A DNA stretch of 64,000 bases from Camelus ferus (lineage: Eukaryota). Where the stretch lies: the NCBI RefSeq assembly GCF_009834535.1, contig NC_045697.1, positions 113,462,001 through 113,526,000 of the forward strand, given 5' to 3'. The position numbers were made by a program, and so were the translations under genes. The notes under the pieces were generated by a model that saw only the letters and a list, made by a program, of their open reading frames with translations, made no database searches and had not been told where the DNA came from. Below, piece after piece: positions 1 through 12,719 of the stretch; position 1 is the first letter of the stretch; every line of letters begins with the position of its first letter.

Positions 1-242
1 TACATATTGTTTGTTACTTGACTATGGAGAATTATGTAACTAAGATTTGTTTAAAAAAATGTTATTTGTGGTTCTTCTCTTAGAGCCAAAGATAATTCTT
101 GGGTACTTTGAAAGCTGCATAAGGAATTTCATGGCCCTGAGTTCAGATAAAATTAATGACTGTACTTTAGTGGCCTGACAAATCTCATCATCTGTAGATA
201 ATCACAGATCAAGCTCACGGAATTTCAAAACAGTTCCCTTTT

Positions 243-435
243 AAATTCTTGGCTCTGCCTCTTATTAGCTGTGTGACTTCAGGCAAGTTATCAAATCTCT
301 CTAATCCATTTACTCATCTGTAAACAGCATAAGGATACTTACCTCAGGGGTTGTTTTAATAATTATATTAGATAAAACAAGTGAATCACTTGGCACTGCC
401 CCTAAAACATTGTGAACACTCAGTGCAAACTTGCT
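243..435 (+). mobile_element. MIR SINE fragment
   Basis: Core 'ggctctgcctcttattagctgtgtgacttcaggcaagttat...tcatctgtaaa' resembles the MIR consensus. Confidence 0.65.
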
Positions 436-685
436 CCTGCAATTCCACCCATGATCATCTTTATCTTTCATCTGTCTCTCCTCTCCTGTCTGTATCATCA
501 AATATCCTGTAACCTTCCCATCTTTGAAAATAAGCTACCTTAGGCCCCTAGGTAGGTATCCCTTTCTACCTCTTGTTCTGCAAGTAGGATTAATATGCTG
601 GTCACTTCCACATTGTTATCTCATTTCTTGACATCTCTATCCTCATCTCTGTCTCTGTTTATCCATCTATCTCTCTGTCTATTCC

Positions 686-687
<2 letters not shown>

Positions 688-718
<31 letters not shown>
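688..718. repeat. (TG)n microsatellite
   Basis: About 15 uninterrupted TG units seen directly. Confidence 0.95.
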
Positions 719-722
<4 letters not shown>

Positions 723-1079
723 ACTCTTCCGTGTCCTTTTACACCTCATGTCTAGTTCACAAGAACATCTTGTTGTTTGCACTTTTGATGTAGATTCAGA
801 ATTTGCCCACTTAATTGTCCCTTCAGGTACCACTTATGTCCAAGCCATTGTTACCTCTTGCAGGACTCCTAAAATAGCCTACTGCTTATTTTTTTTTTCT
901 TTTCTGTTAATGGTCAAGGTAATGAAAGAATGAGTAATAAGTAGCATCTATCATTATTATGTTTTTATACAAATAAAAAACATTTAATCCTAAAGATGGA
1001 TGCAGCTGCCACTGGACTGTGGAAAGTCCTCTGTACCTCTAGTGGAGTTATTTCTTCCTAGTTGGGAGCCATTCATTTA

Positions 1080-1420
1080 CAGTCATCCCTCAGTGTCTGC
1101 TGGGGATTGGTTTCAGGACCCCTGCAGATACCAAGATCCATGTATACACAAGTTTCTTATATAAAATGGCATAGTATTTGCATATAAATCTATGAACATC
1201 TTCTTTTATACTTTAAATCATTTGTAGATTATAGTATCTAATACACTGTAAAAGCCATGTAAATAATTATAAATACAATGTAAATTCCATGTAAATAGTT
1301 GCCAGCATGTGACAAATTCAAGTTTTACCTTTTAGAACTTTCTGGAAATTTTTGAATATTTTCAATCCATGGTTGGTTCAATCCATGGATGCAGAATCCC
1401 TGAATATGAAGGACTTAGTT
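1080..1420 (+). mobile_element. MER2-family (TcMar-Tigger) non-autonomous DNA transposon
   Basis: Starts after TA with 'cagtcatccctcagtgtctgctggggattggtttcaggacccc', has internal 'ataaaatggcatagtatttgcatata' and ends '...ggttggttcaatccatggatgcagaatccc', all like MER2/MER2B. Confidence 0.85.
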
Positions 1421-1627
1421 ACTATATTTATTTAATCAAGAAACCTTTGTCAAGTGCTAACTACTTAGTAGGATCTGTGCTAGGGAATGAAAAAAATAAA
1501 TAAAAATTCACATTCAATATCATCTGGGAGATTTTCTAGTAGATGATATGGGAGAGTTAAATCTTCCACAAAAAGTGAGACAAGAGTGTTTCTGATCTTC
1601 TTGAGGGTCAATGAATGTGGCTAAGAC

Positions 1628-1691
1628 GAAAGAAAGAAAGAAAGGAAGAAAGGAAGAAAGGAAGAAAGGAAGAAAGAAAAGAAAGAAAGAA

Positions 1692-1771
<80 letters not shown>

Positions 1772-1820
1772 GAAAGAAAGAAAGGAAGGAAGGAAGGAAG
1801 GAAGGAAGGAAGGAAGAAAG
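1628..1820. repeat. Compound (GAAA)n/(GGAA)n purine microsatellite
   Basis: About 190 bp of A/G-only sequence. It explains the K/E/R-rich and F/L/S-rich ORFs at 1520-1983. Confidence 0.97.
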
Positions 1821-2799
1821 AAATAAATCCTGCTGTATAGTAAATAATGCACTCATGATCATGGATTCTGACCTCCTGAGATTGCTCACTCCAGCTTTAA
1901 GTATTCAACAAGGGGTGAATATTCCTCATGTGAGAAATATTGAAACAGTTGGAAGCAACAAACAACATCATAAGCTTAGTTGAAAGAACACAATGTTGGA
2001 TACTTGCCCATTTAGTGACTGGGTCATTTGCTGCAAGCAGAACACAACCCCTGGGCTATGAGCAAAGCCTCGACCCAACATCATACCATGTGTACAGAGA
2101 CATGGTCATCAGCAGGCGATGTTGGTACTCAGCTGGAGGCGAACTGCTAGATAAACAGCTTGCCCCCGAGGCAAACAGATATCAACAGGAAGCAATGCTG
2201 TTGGAGGGAGCAATTTCAAACTCTGCAGGCAATGCTATATTTCTTGTAAAGTGTTCTTTATTTCCTGAAGCATAATTCAAGGGAAATCATTTTGCCATTT
2301 TCGATACCATAACTTTGGTTTCTTTATTTATAAGCACTTTATTATTTTCTCATTGTAATAGAAACTTTCATTTTGAGTCTGTTCTTTGAGATATTCTGAT
2401 GTATTATTTGTTGGTGGTGATTTTTGCTGGGCTCTCATAATTAGGATCATAAACAGCAGGTGCCATAGAGTTTTGTGAGCTGTCAAATTAGGTGTCTTGG
2501 GAAAATGGCAATTATTTCATTGAATACAGGCAATTCAGCACTCTAATAGCACAGTCCTAATGGATCTCTATATCCTGGACATGATTCACTTTATTCCCAT
2601 TTCTGAAACATTGTGTATTTAGGTGTGCTCAAAACAAAATTTTATATCGGAAAACTAATTGATGACTTAAGATGTTCAATCTAACAGTTAATAGCATGGT
2701 CTGTCCAGCAACTCAATTATTTTAACTTCTGAGGACAGTAGACGCTGCTTGATATTCTGCTCATATGCCTTCCTCTCAGTTCTTGGATCTATACTGTTG

Positions 2800-3298
2800 T
2801 CACTTCAATCACGTGGTTCTGGTAGATTGATCTAGGATGCAGTTCCTGACCCAGTTTGGCTCCATTATGATATTTCACCTCCCTGACTACTGTTACTTGT
2901 CCAAAGCTGGAACTTTATCCAATTCGTACCAATAAAAACAATTCCTAAAGGGTTTTAGGATTAACTTCAGGCAAAAAGAATTTCAGTTTTTCTTCAAAAG
3001 TAATGAACAATATTAATAAGATCTTTGGTGCTTTTGCTTCTAAGCCAGTGGGGAAAACCAGATTGAATAAGGAGAATCTATGCAGGAAAAAACAAAAAAC
3101 AAAAAACAAAAAACAGAGTAAGAGGTGGAAGGAGTGTATCCTGGTAATTTTCATGTCCTTTGATCCTGTCACCCTGTGGCCCAGGTACACCACTGTTCTT
3201 GAAAAAGATTGGTTATTTGTGCCAATCAATCTTTTGTATAAAACTGAGTCAGTTCAGGTAGATTTCTGAAATTGTAATTAGAATATATCTGATACATA
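2800..3298 (+). mobile_element. Old MaLR (MLT1-type) LTR, degraded
   Basis: The end 'agtcagttcaggtagatttctgaaattgtaattagaatatatctgataca' resembles old MLT1 3' termini. Confidence 0.45.
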
Positions 3299-3317
3299 TG
3301 GCAAGGATCTCTTACGA

Positions 3318-5262
3318 GATGTCAGTCAGGTGTTAAAGTCCCCTACTATTATTGTATAATTGTCAATTTCTCTTTTTACATGTGTTATTATTTGCTTTAT
3401 ATACTTAGGTTCTCCTGTATCAGGTGGATATATTAACAAGAATAATATCCTTTTTTTGTCATTATATAATGCCTTTCTTTGTCTTTTGCTATAGGCTTTG
3501 TCTTAAAGTCTATTTTGTCTGTTACAAATATTGCCACCCCTGCTTCCTTGTCATTTCCACTTGTATGAAATATCTTTTTCTATCCTCTCACTTTCAGTCT
3601 GTGTTTGTCTTAAATTCTGAAGTGATTCTTTTGTAGGCAACATATAGATAAGTCTCTTTTAAAAAAAATCTAACTAAACATCATATGTTATTTAATTGGG
3701 GCATTTAGTGATTATTGATAGCTATGTACTTATTGCTATTTTGTTACTTCTTTTCTGGTTGTTTTTGTAGTTCTTCTCTGTTCATTTCTTCTTTTTGTTT
3801 TTTCTCTTGTGTTTTGATTATTTTCTTTGTAGTATGCTTGCGTTTTTTCTTTTAAATTTTTGTGTATCTGTTGTAGGTGTTTGATTTGTGTTCACCCTGG
3901 GGTTCCTATGTGTTGACCTGTAAATATATTTACTTGTTTTAAACTGGTAATAATTTAAGTTCAAGCACATTCTAAAAGATCTATATTTTTTTCTCCCCTC
4001 CACTGCCTTTTGTGTTTTTGATGGAATATTTTATATCTTTATGTTGATCCCTTTACTGTTTATGTTACTTAGAGTTCCTTGTATAATCTATTTTTTGTCT
4101 TGTAATTTTTGTACTGGCTTATTTACGTGGTTGATCCTTAGTCCTTACTATGTATCTGCCTTCCCTAGTGGGCCTTTTCCTTTCCTATAGATTCTTACTT
4201 TCACACTTAGAAAAAATCCTTTAAAGTTTCCTTTAGGGTATGTTTAATATTGATGAACTCGTCTAGTTTTTTCTTGTCTGAGAAGTTCTTTATCTCTCCT
4301 TTGATTCTAAGTGATAATCTTGCTGGATAGACTATCCTAGGTTGTCTGGTTTCCTTTTAGGATTTTCACCTTATCATTCTACTCCCTCCTGGACTGCAAA
4401 GTTTCTACAGATAAATCAGCTGATAGCCTTAGGGGATTCCCTTGTATATGACTCTTTCTTTTACTCTTGCTGCCTTTAGAATTATCTCTTTAACTTTAAA
4501 TTTGCCATTTTTATTAAGATATATCTTGCTGTGGGTCTGTTTGGGTTTATCTTGTTTGGGACCCTCTGTGTTTCCTGTTCCTGGATGTCTGTTTTTTTCT
4601 TTATGTTTGGGAAAATTTTCAGCCATACTTTCCTCAAATACATTTTCAATCCCCATCTATCCCTCTTGTCCTCCTGGGACCCCTTATAATGCAAATATTA
4701 ATGTGTTTATTGTTATCCCAGAGATTTTTTAAAATGCTTTCTTTTTTAATATTCATTTTTGTTTTTGCTTTTCCAACTGGGTGATTTCCATTGTTCTATC
4801 TTCCAGATCACTTATGCATTCTTCCATGTCATTTAGCCTACACTGTTCATTCCTTGTAGTGCATTTTTAATTTCAGCTATTGAATTCTTCATTTTTGATT
4901 GAGTCTGTTTATATTTTCTAGTGTCTTGTTAACAGTTTCCCTGTGTACATCTCTTCTTTCCTCTAATTTAGTTAACATTTTTATTAGCAATTCTTTATCT
5001 GGTAAATTATTTATTTCTGTTTCATTATTTATTTTTTAGGATTTTCCTTTGCTCTTTAAACTGAGAGCAATTTCTTCCTTTTCATTTTGCTTAACTTTCT
5101 CTGCCTCTTTGAATTTAGGTCAATTATTTACCAATTGCAGTCTTGAATGTGTGTTCTTAAGAGGAAATGTGCCTTTGCATACTGTTTGTGCCCAGTGCCT
5201 TTAGTGGGAAGTCTGGATTTGACATAGATGCCACTTACATCTTTTTGAGTGTGTGCTGGCAG
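3318..5262 (-). mobile_element. LINE-1 5' portion (5' region, ORF1, start of ORF2 endonuclease), degraded
   Basis: Minus-strand ORFs 4429-4694 give ORF1 motifs (IENVFEE..AENFP, QRVPNKINPNRPT, ILKAARVKERVIYKG). The ORF2 start lies near 3740 and the endonuclease motif TIIVGDF near 3335-3357. Confidence 0.92.
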
Positions 5263-5362
5263 NNNNNNNNNNNNNNNNNNNNNNNNNNNNNNNNNNNNNN
5301 NNNNNNNNNNNNNNNNNNNNNNNNNNNNNNNNNNNNNNNNNNNNNNNNNNNNNNNNNNNNNN
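5263..5362. other. Assembly gap (100 N)
   Basis: Exactly 100 N, a typical placeholder for a gap of unknown size. Confidence 0.99.
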
Positions 5363-5377
5363 TGCAAAATTTCATGT

Positions 5378-5555
5378 AAATCAAATCCATCAGTAAAAAT
5401 CTTCCCATAAAGAAAGTTCCAGGACCAGATGTCTTCATTCATGACTTCTATAAAACATTCAGGAAGAAATGATTCCAATTTTACCCAAAATCTTTCAGAC
5501 ATTGGATTAGGGGAGAAAAAGCATCATTTTCCAACTAATTTTCTGAAATCCAGTG
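5378..5555 (+). mobile_element. Old LINE-1 ORF2 fragment
   Basis: 'aaaaatcttcccataaagaaagttccaggaccagatg...' corresponds to the ORF2 segment KNLPxKKSPGPDGF..EFYQTFK. Confidence 0.8.
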
Positions 5556-5689
5556 ATTTCATTCCTTGTTATATACTACTCCATTGTAATGTATTTATAT
5601 GGACACCAAAAAGCATGTTAAAAGATTGCTCCTAAAAGCCTAAAATCGGGGGAGAAATTTAAATTCTCATTAAAAAAATAATCTATAAT

Positions 5690-5850
5690 AGAATAAATTG
5701 TAGTACATTCTTACTGCAACATATACAATAATGAGAAAAAACAAACCACAACTACATGTATTATCATCTATTAATGTGGCAAATAATCTCCAGCCAGTCT
5801 GTTTGACTCCATTTATATGAAGTTCAAAACAAGCAAAAATGACATATATT
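5690..5850 (+). mobile_element. Old LINE-1 3' UTR fragment (L1M-type)
   Basis: 'aataaattgtagtacattc...gactccatttatatgaagttcaaaacaagcaaaa' resembles L1ME/L1MC 3' ends. Confidence 0.45.
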
Positions 5851-5899
5851 GATATATATATTCTCCTTATTTCTGGTCAGTCTGCTATTTCTTTCACTT

Positions 5900-7300
5900 T
5901 TTACTTTGTCTCAACATATTTTTATTCCATCTGTGAAGAATATTCTTACTGTGAATAGAATACAAGTTTGGCAATTAATTTCTTTCAATTTATTGACAAT
6001 ATCGCATTATATTCTGATTTTTTTTGCTTCTTTGGAGATTATTTTTCTTTTCATTGATCTACTTTAAAGATTTTTCTCTGTCTTTGGATTTGAATAAATG
6101 ATGTGATTAAGAAAGCATGTATGGTGTTGTTAAGAAAGTGTTCGTGCGCGCGTGTGTGTGTCTGTGTGTTTGTTTTGTCATGTTCATTTTTATTGATCCT
6201 ATATAAGGTTCATGTAGCCACTTGAATATGTAGCTTAATTTTTTTTTGATCAGTTTTGGGAAATTCTTAGCTATTCTATCTCGAAATAGTGCTTTAGGTA
6301 CATTTGTTATTTCCTCTCATTTTGAGATTCTAATGAAACACGTGGCAAAACATTTCTTCATATCCTGTATGACCACTATGTAATTTCCATTCTTTCTCTC
6401 TGCCTCATTCTGCGTATTTTCCCCTGACCTACACTCCACTCTTTAATTCTCTGTTCTTCCGTTAAACATATCCAATGGATTCTTAATATAATTTTTGGTT
6501 TATAAATTTCTGTTTGTTTATTTTAAAAAGTTTCTAGTTTGTGACTGGTATTCTCAACTTTATCTTTTATTTCTCTGAACTTAATTGTATATAGCTATTT
6601 TAACATTAATATTGAATTACTCCATTCCTGGGTGACTGGATATCCTGTGAATCTGATTCCATCGTCTGCTGTTTTGCATATATTTTCATCATGTGTCTTG
6701 TTTTCTATACATAGTTATTTTTCATTGCATCCTAGACACTGATAATGAAAAAACTTCTAGAGATAACTAGAGTATACACAAGATCTTGTTCTCCCAAAGG
6801 GAAGATTTTGTTTTGCCTTTGGCTATCATCTAGACAAGCTAGAGACTAACAGTTCCTGACCAGCTCAATCCAACCCGGGATTTAGTTGACTTAAAGGTGA
6901 GTTTCTTCTTATAAAGGAATAGGGCATTCTATTTCCTGTTCACCCTTACTCATAGGTTTAATCTCTTAGGGTTTGAACCTAAAGCCTCAATAGTTTACTC
7001 TGGTCTTGTCCTTAGAAGTCTCTAAGTTCCAATTTTGTCCCCTTAGAGTCATAAGTCAATCAGAAACCATGCTTGGTTTCTTGTCCATTTTGCCACCTTT
7101 TTTTTATCATTGGCAGAAAATTGTAGGGAAATGCAGCCTCAATTATCAATTTCACTTCTATGGTTTCTTTTCTCTCCAAATTTTTTGACCTCTGATTCTT
7201 CACTGTCTTCTTCACTTTCCAGTGCCTTTCCACAGATGATTTTTATTTTGCTGAACTTATTTAATTGTTTTTGGCAAGGTCGTTGGCTTAAATGATCATT
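5900..7300 (-). mobile_element. Very old L1 ORF1 / HAL1-like fragment
   Basis: T-rich strand with ORF1-type motifs such as 'cagttttgggaaattcttagctattctatctcgaaata' (antisense of EEI.AENFPKL). Confidence 0.6.
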
Positions 7301-7359
7301 TCTGGAAACCCAACTCTCACTATTGATTGAAATAAGTATTACTCAAGTCAAGAGTTCTT

Positions 7360-7519
7360 TATGAGACTGTACAGAATTCAAGGTGTCCTTGAATTTGGAT
7401 GTAAAAAAAAAGCATTTAAATTATCATTAGCTTCTAAAAAGCAATTAGCACTTCATTCACTTTTGGATATAGCTAACACATCACAGTGGTATAAATATTA
7501 CTTGTGATTTCTGTCACAT
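7360..7519. mobile_element. Possible hAT-Charlie DNA transposon fragment
   Basis: 'gtccttgaatttggatgtaaaaaaaa...attagcacttc...cacagtggtat...tgtgatttctgtcac' resembles Charlie-type consensus, from memory only. Confidence 0.35.
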
Positions 7520-7630
7520 GTGAAATAATAGGAAAATTTATATATTGGTCTCTATGCCCAGTTCCTGCATAGAGCTCCTAAAACCCTTATAATTTCCTTC
7601 TTAAACAAATAGGAGGTGTTTTATTATTGC
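7520..7630 (+). mobile_element. MER21-like LTR 5' fragment
   Basis: 'tatattggtctct...cagttcctgcatagagctcctaaaacccttataatttcct' matches the start of MER21. Confidence 0.55.
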
Positions 7631-8838
7631 TCACTTAAAAAATTGCATGTATAAAAACTCAACCAGCATACACAACTGGGGCAAAAAATTCAAATAGTGT
7701 ATTGATGTGAACTGCTGATACCTTAACCCTCTGGGACCAGCTCTAACTGTGAGTAAGCCTGGATCTAATTCTCAGGTGCCTAAGGGAGCCTTCAAAGGTT
7801 AGGTAAGCTCCAAATTTCATTTTCAGTCAGTAAGAGGGAGATATGTCTTCTTGAAAAATGGTTTGACTCCTCAGAGTTGTCTGCAGGGTCCAATTTTGTT
7901 AGTTTATTCTGCAACATATTGGAAAACTAGTTTATGACATATTAGGTCTGCATTTCCAGGGAAGACATGATCATTCTACTTTTTAATTTTCTCCAATACA
8001 TGTGAGAGTCACCTATGAGTTCCACAATTTATTAAGTTTTATAGCACATATTTTTATAACATTTTACAATTCAACTATAATACTGCTTATAGTGAATACA
8101 ATTTAAAAAATTTTTAACCAGAATTAAATTAATCATAAGTGGCATGTTGATTATCTTTAAATTGTCATTCTTAATTTTATCACAAATGATACTTTAGCAA
8201 ATTATTTCTTTAGGGGAGCTTTATTGACTTGAAAAGTAATGGCACTTCCCAAGACACTCAAAAATAGTTTCACATTAGCACTGGAAAAAGAAATCTACCC
8301 AGTTAAATTTCTCTTTCCTATTATATTGACCAGAAACAAAATCAGATCTCTTCAAAATGATTTGGAACTGTAGTATGAATTAAAGAATCAGTTTTTCAAT
8401 ATTAAAATCACTAGTCCTTCCTAACTGCGTCTGCTGTCTTTATGACTCTGTATAACTCTTTGGTCTGCTTGTTTTAATCTCCTTGTCCAATATGTAGTTC
8501 TATAATAATTTTAACTTTCTCCTACCATTTTAAAAACAATCTCTTACCTAGAAAGCTCCTTAAAGCATTTACTTGACATGTCATCACAGGGGAAAAAATC
8601 AAGGAAAATAAGAAAGACAGACAGTGACGGAAGTTTGGAAGGAGTGTTTAAGATAGATGTATACACAAAGACTGGTGTTTTAAATCCAAGTGATGGAAAA
8701 GATTAGTTTTTGTAAAGTCAGGAAACATCTTTAATGGCACCATCAGATATGGAGGAAACAAGATGGGGATAAAAGTGCAAAAGGGAAAAGAGACAAGGCC
8801 CTTTGTAAGATGTCGGGTTCCCACTCAGCTTCATTAGC

Positions 8839-9070
8839 CAGTCGTCAACCACAGACCTAGGTGAGATGTATTGCTCTTCCCCATGAAAGCATTTGGCAGT
8901 GTCTGGAGACACTTCTGGCTGTCACAACTAGGGGTGGGGAATTGCAAGTGGAATCCAGTGGACAGAAGTAAGAACGATATTAAATAGCCTACAATAACCA
9001 GGACAGCCCACCATCGCAAAGAATTTTCCAGATCAGAATGACAGTAGTGCCAAGGCGGAGGGACAGCGCT
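8839..9070 (+). mobile_element. MER20 (hAT-Charlie) DNA transposon
   Basis: 'catttggcagtgtctggagacacttctggctgtcacaactaggggtgggg...aggacagcccacc...aaagaatt...agtagtgccaaggcggag'. Confidence 0.85.
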
Positions 9071-10199
9071 CTAAGGCAAAATGGAAATGGTCTTTCTCTT
9101 AATTTATACCCTTATACCTTTTTTCAGAAATCCTCCCTCCACACCCTCGAGTCTACCCTGAATGTTCCTCTGAGCTTGAATTCACTTGTGAACAAATGGT
9201 TCTGAGCAAAGGGGGTGACAGGGATTGAGAAGAGAAACAACAACTATGTGGTCACAGCACACTCCTTTTGGATGTTATTGAAGGTCATTTTTAATATCTT
9301 CATTGGAGAAATATATCCCCCAAAAGTAATCTGTACAACATTTGAAATGCAGCACACTTTGCTTCTGACTAATAAATATATTTCCTCCATATAATGATAC
9401 ATTTCAATTCAGTTTCTGGCTTGTGGTTCAGTTTTTCTGTTTAGAACTTGGCTCAGGATACACCATGTGTTAAATAATTTGGTGCCTACCTTTCTGAAAA
9501 AGCATCTTTGACCCTGAGATTTCTGGCATTTCAATTCCAAAAGAAATGAGAGCAACTCCTTCCTGCTCAAAAAAGAGCTATGAAACATGAATTAAAGCAG
9601 CAGCATGTCATCACTGCTAAGATGACCTATCAGAATCAGTTAAGAACATTCATGAAGCAAGAACAGATGGATGAGTTATAGGAATTTGTGTATTTCCCAG
9701 TTATAGGAATTGTGTATTGCGGAGCTCTGAACTGGAATATCATTGTGTCTTTAAATTTAAGGTATTTACAGAACAAGTCATCACTAACCTGCGAAGTAGA
9801 ACAGCTCACTTGTGGGAGGGATCTGATATTCCTGGGATCAGGTTGGATTATTACACGAGCTGGAACAGTAGCTCCTGGACTCATTTCTCACTTGAAGTAG
9901 GCATGTGTCTTTCTGATGACTAAACCTACATTTATAATGTTGGTTTCAAACTAAGAACTTCACAGATATGCTGCAGTCTGCTATTGACCTCATTTTTCAA
10001 CTGTATTTTTCATGTTTTTATTTTTAGGAAATGAGATACAGTCACAAATATAGTTACGAAGTAAACATATATAGTCACTTTTTGAATAATTTGTCACAAA
10101 TAACTCAAGAATAGCAGATAAAGTATCTAACATCTTGCAACTGAGTGAAAAGCGTGTGGCACAGGCCTGGAGTGACTTGATTTCTGTGCCAGACAAATG

Positions 10200-10428
10200 G
10201 ACACTAGATTTTCTGCTCTGCAACTGAATGGCTGGGGAACCGTGGGAAATTCTTCTCATTGTCCAGGCTTAGCGTCCAGTAGGAATCAATGACAGTTGTA
10301 ACTGATGAATGTACAAGTATTCCATTTCTACCTACTAATAATGTTATGAAGATTACATATGACAATTCACGTAAAGTGCTCAGTTCTTTGTCTTGGACAT
10401 AGCTCAGTGATTTTCAGTCATTATTATT
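10200..10428 (+). mobile_element. MIR fragment
   Basis: The 3' part 'gttatgaagattacatatgacaattcacgtaaagtgctcag...ttattatt' is MIR-like. Confidence 0.55.
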
Positions 10429-11519
10429 TCCAAGTGGCAAGTATATCATACTGAAATTAGTTTTCTGAGTAATTTGTTACAAATGACTCACTTAAGAATA
10501 GCAGATATATTTCATTTTATGAGTAATTTTCATGCCTTTAAGGCTGGCATGTGATTTTTAAAAAATTGTATCACAGAATCTTAGATTTTAAGGCATCTTT
10601 GGTGTCATTTAATTTCATCAGTTTTGTGGGTGAGAGAACTGAGAACCACAGATGTTTCCGAAGAAGCCAAGGTTATCTCTGAAGTAGTCCCTGGTCATCC
10701 ATGATCAAAATGAGCTTTTCCTCTTTCACTGGAGTTGAGAGGGATGGTCTCCCTTGAGATATTTTGGAGGAAAACATGGGAACATCAGTTTGGCCATCTC
10801 TAAGTTGAAAGGAAATAATACAATACACTAAGGAACGTGTGCATTTCCATATCCATCCAAACTTTTAAATGAATGATAAAATGCTTAGAGAAGGTTTTTT
10901 TGTTGTTGTTTAATATCTCAGTCATTTGCAAGAAAGAAGCTGTCTTTTGTTTGTTCCCTTTCAAATTTAAAATAGATTTAAATATGTTGGCTATCCAATA
11001 AAAGCAATACTGACTGAGAAAGGGACAGCCTACTTTGTCAACTAAGTGATCATAATTTAGAGTTTTAGCAGATAGTGAAAATCAAGAGAAATCTGGGCTG
11101 GTTTCAGGATAAGTCAAATTAGAACATGGCTCGGTTGACAGTTTCTAATGTGCAAACTGAATGTTTCTTCATGATTCATGTCTTCCCAAATGTAAATATC
11201 CTCATCCACTTTTACATTTATAATGGTTATAATTATTTAAATAATAAAGAGTTTGCTTATTACTGTAGTTAGTCATTTACATACACTCTTGCAAAGATGA
11301 GAACTTAAAGCCAGTATTTTATCATCGCACACATTTCTGTCTTATAGCTTATGTAGATAAAATATATCTACAAATATGTCAGTTTATTTCACTGTCTTTA
11401 CAATTTCTAGGATAATTTATAAATTACTGTGTGCTTGTTTGCTTTTGGGAAATGCTGGACTAGGTACTCAGGCCAACCTTCCTGTAGAAGCAAGACATTT
11501 ATATATACGTACATAATCT

Positions 11520-11938
11520 CATAAATTTGAGCTGGGAACCTGAAACTTACACCTTAGGGGTAATGATGTCTTTGCGAGTGTAATGAAGAAAAAGATTTTT
11601 ATATGAGAAAAGCATTGTGGATTATCTGAGTAGGTCCTAAATCCAAGGACAAGCATCCTTATAAAAGACACACAGAAGAAAGAGAGAAAAGAAGCAATAT
11701 GACCACAGAGGCAGAAATGAAAATGATGTAGCCACAAGTTCAAGAATGCCTAGAGTCGTCAGAAGCAGAGAAAGGCAAGGAACAGACTATCCCCTGGAAA
11801 CTTTGGAAGAAAAATGGCCCTGCTGACACCTTGATTTAGACTTCTGGCCTCCAGAGCTGCAGGGGAATAAATGTCTGCTGCTAAAAGCCACTGAGTTTGT
11901 GGCAATTTGTTACAGCTGTCTGGGGCAGGTAACTAAAG
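11520..11938 (+). mobile_element. MLT1B/C-type MaLR solo LTR
   Basis: 'ggccctgctgacaccttgatttagacttctggcctccagagctg...aataaatgtctg...aagccactgagtttgtggcaatttgttacagc' is the diagnostic MLT1 3' half. Confidence 0.85.
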
Positions 11939-12257
11939 CTGAATAACTCAGACCATCAGTCTTGAGAGTAGACAGGTAAATGCTTGAGATGACAGGCTGT
12001 CCCATGCGGTAGCAAAGCTCAGATTTTGTGTTTGGACATTCTATTTACGTACATATTTTATTTTCACCTTCCTTCTGCTTACTGCCATGGATTGATTTAA
12101 TGTTTTCCTGGTCACAAAGAAGCATGAGCTGTGGACTTGCTGGAAAACAGATTGATGCTTTCAAAATAGATTGGAAAAGTGGTTGAGCTGGTGGTACCCG
12201 AGCAGCAAAGAACAGGAATCCTTTTCTCTAAAGAAGAACAGTGGGGTCACGCCAGCC

Positions 12258-12670
12258 ATTTCTGGCTTACTTCACTTAGAATGGCGATCTCCAGGTCCAT
12301 CCATGTTGCTGCAAATGGCACTATTTCATTCTGTCTTTATGGCTGAGTAGTATTCCATTATATACAAACATATACACCACATTGTTATCCATTCCTCTGT
12401 CAATGGACATTTAAGTTGCTTCCATGGCTTGGCCATTGTAAATAGTAATACTGTGAACATTGGGCTGCCTGTATCTTTTTGAATTATAGTTTTCTCCAGA
12501 TATATGCCCAGAAGTGGAATTAGTGGCTCATATGTTAACTCTATTTTCAGTTTTTTATAGGGAATCTCCATACTGTCCTACATAGCGGCTGCAACAATTT
12601 ACATTCCCACCAACAGGTAAGGAGGTCTCCTTTTTCTACACACCATCTCCAGTATTTATTACTTGTAGAT
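12258..12670 (-). mobile_element. LINE-1 ORF2 C-terminal fragment
   Basis: ORF 12326-12571 reads KKLKIEL.YEP.IPLLGIY..KT...PMF...WKQ.KCP..EEWI..MW...MEYYSAIK. Confidence 0.93.
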
Positions 12671-12719
12671 GTATCTCTTGAATTTTTATGACATTCTTCA
12701 TCTTATTGCTCTTCTCCTG

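Noticed and set aside
595..1983. ORFs with CVCVCV, THTHTH, KKER and FLSF runs
   Set aside because: They are translations of the (TG)n and (GAAA)n microsatellites.
1940..2275. 111-aa ORF in non-repeat sequence
   Set aside because: It starts at TTG, has no recognisable domain and has no supporting exon chain. It cannot be supported without homology data.
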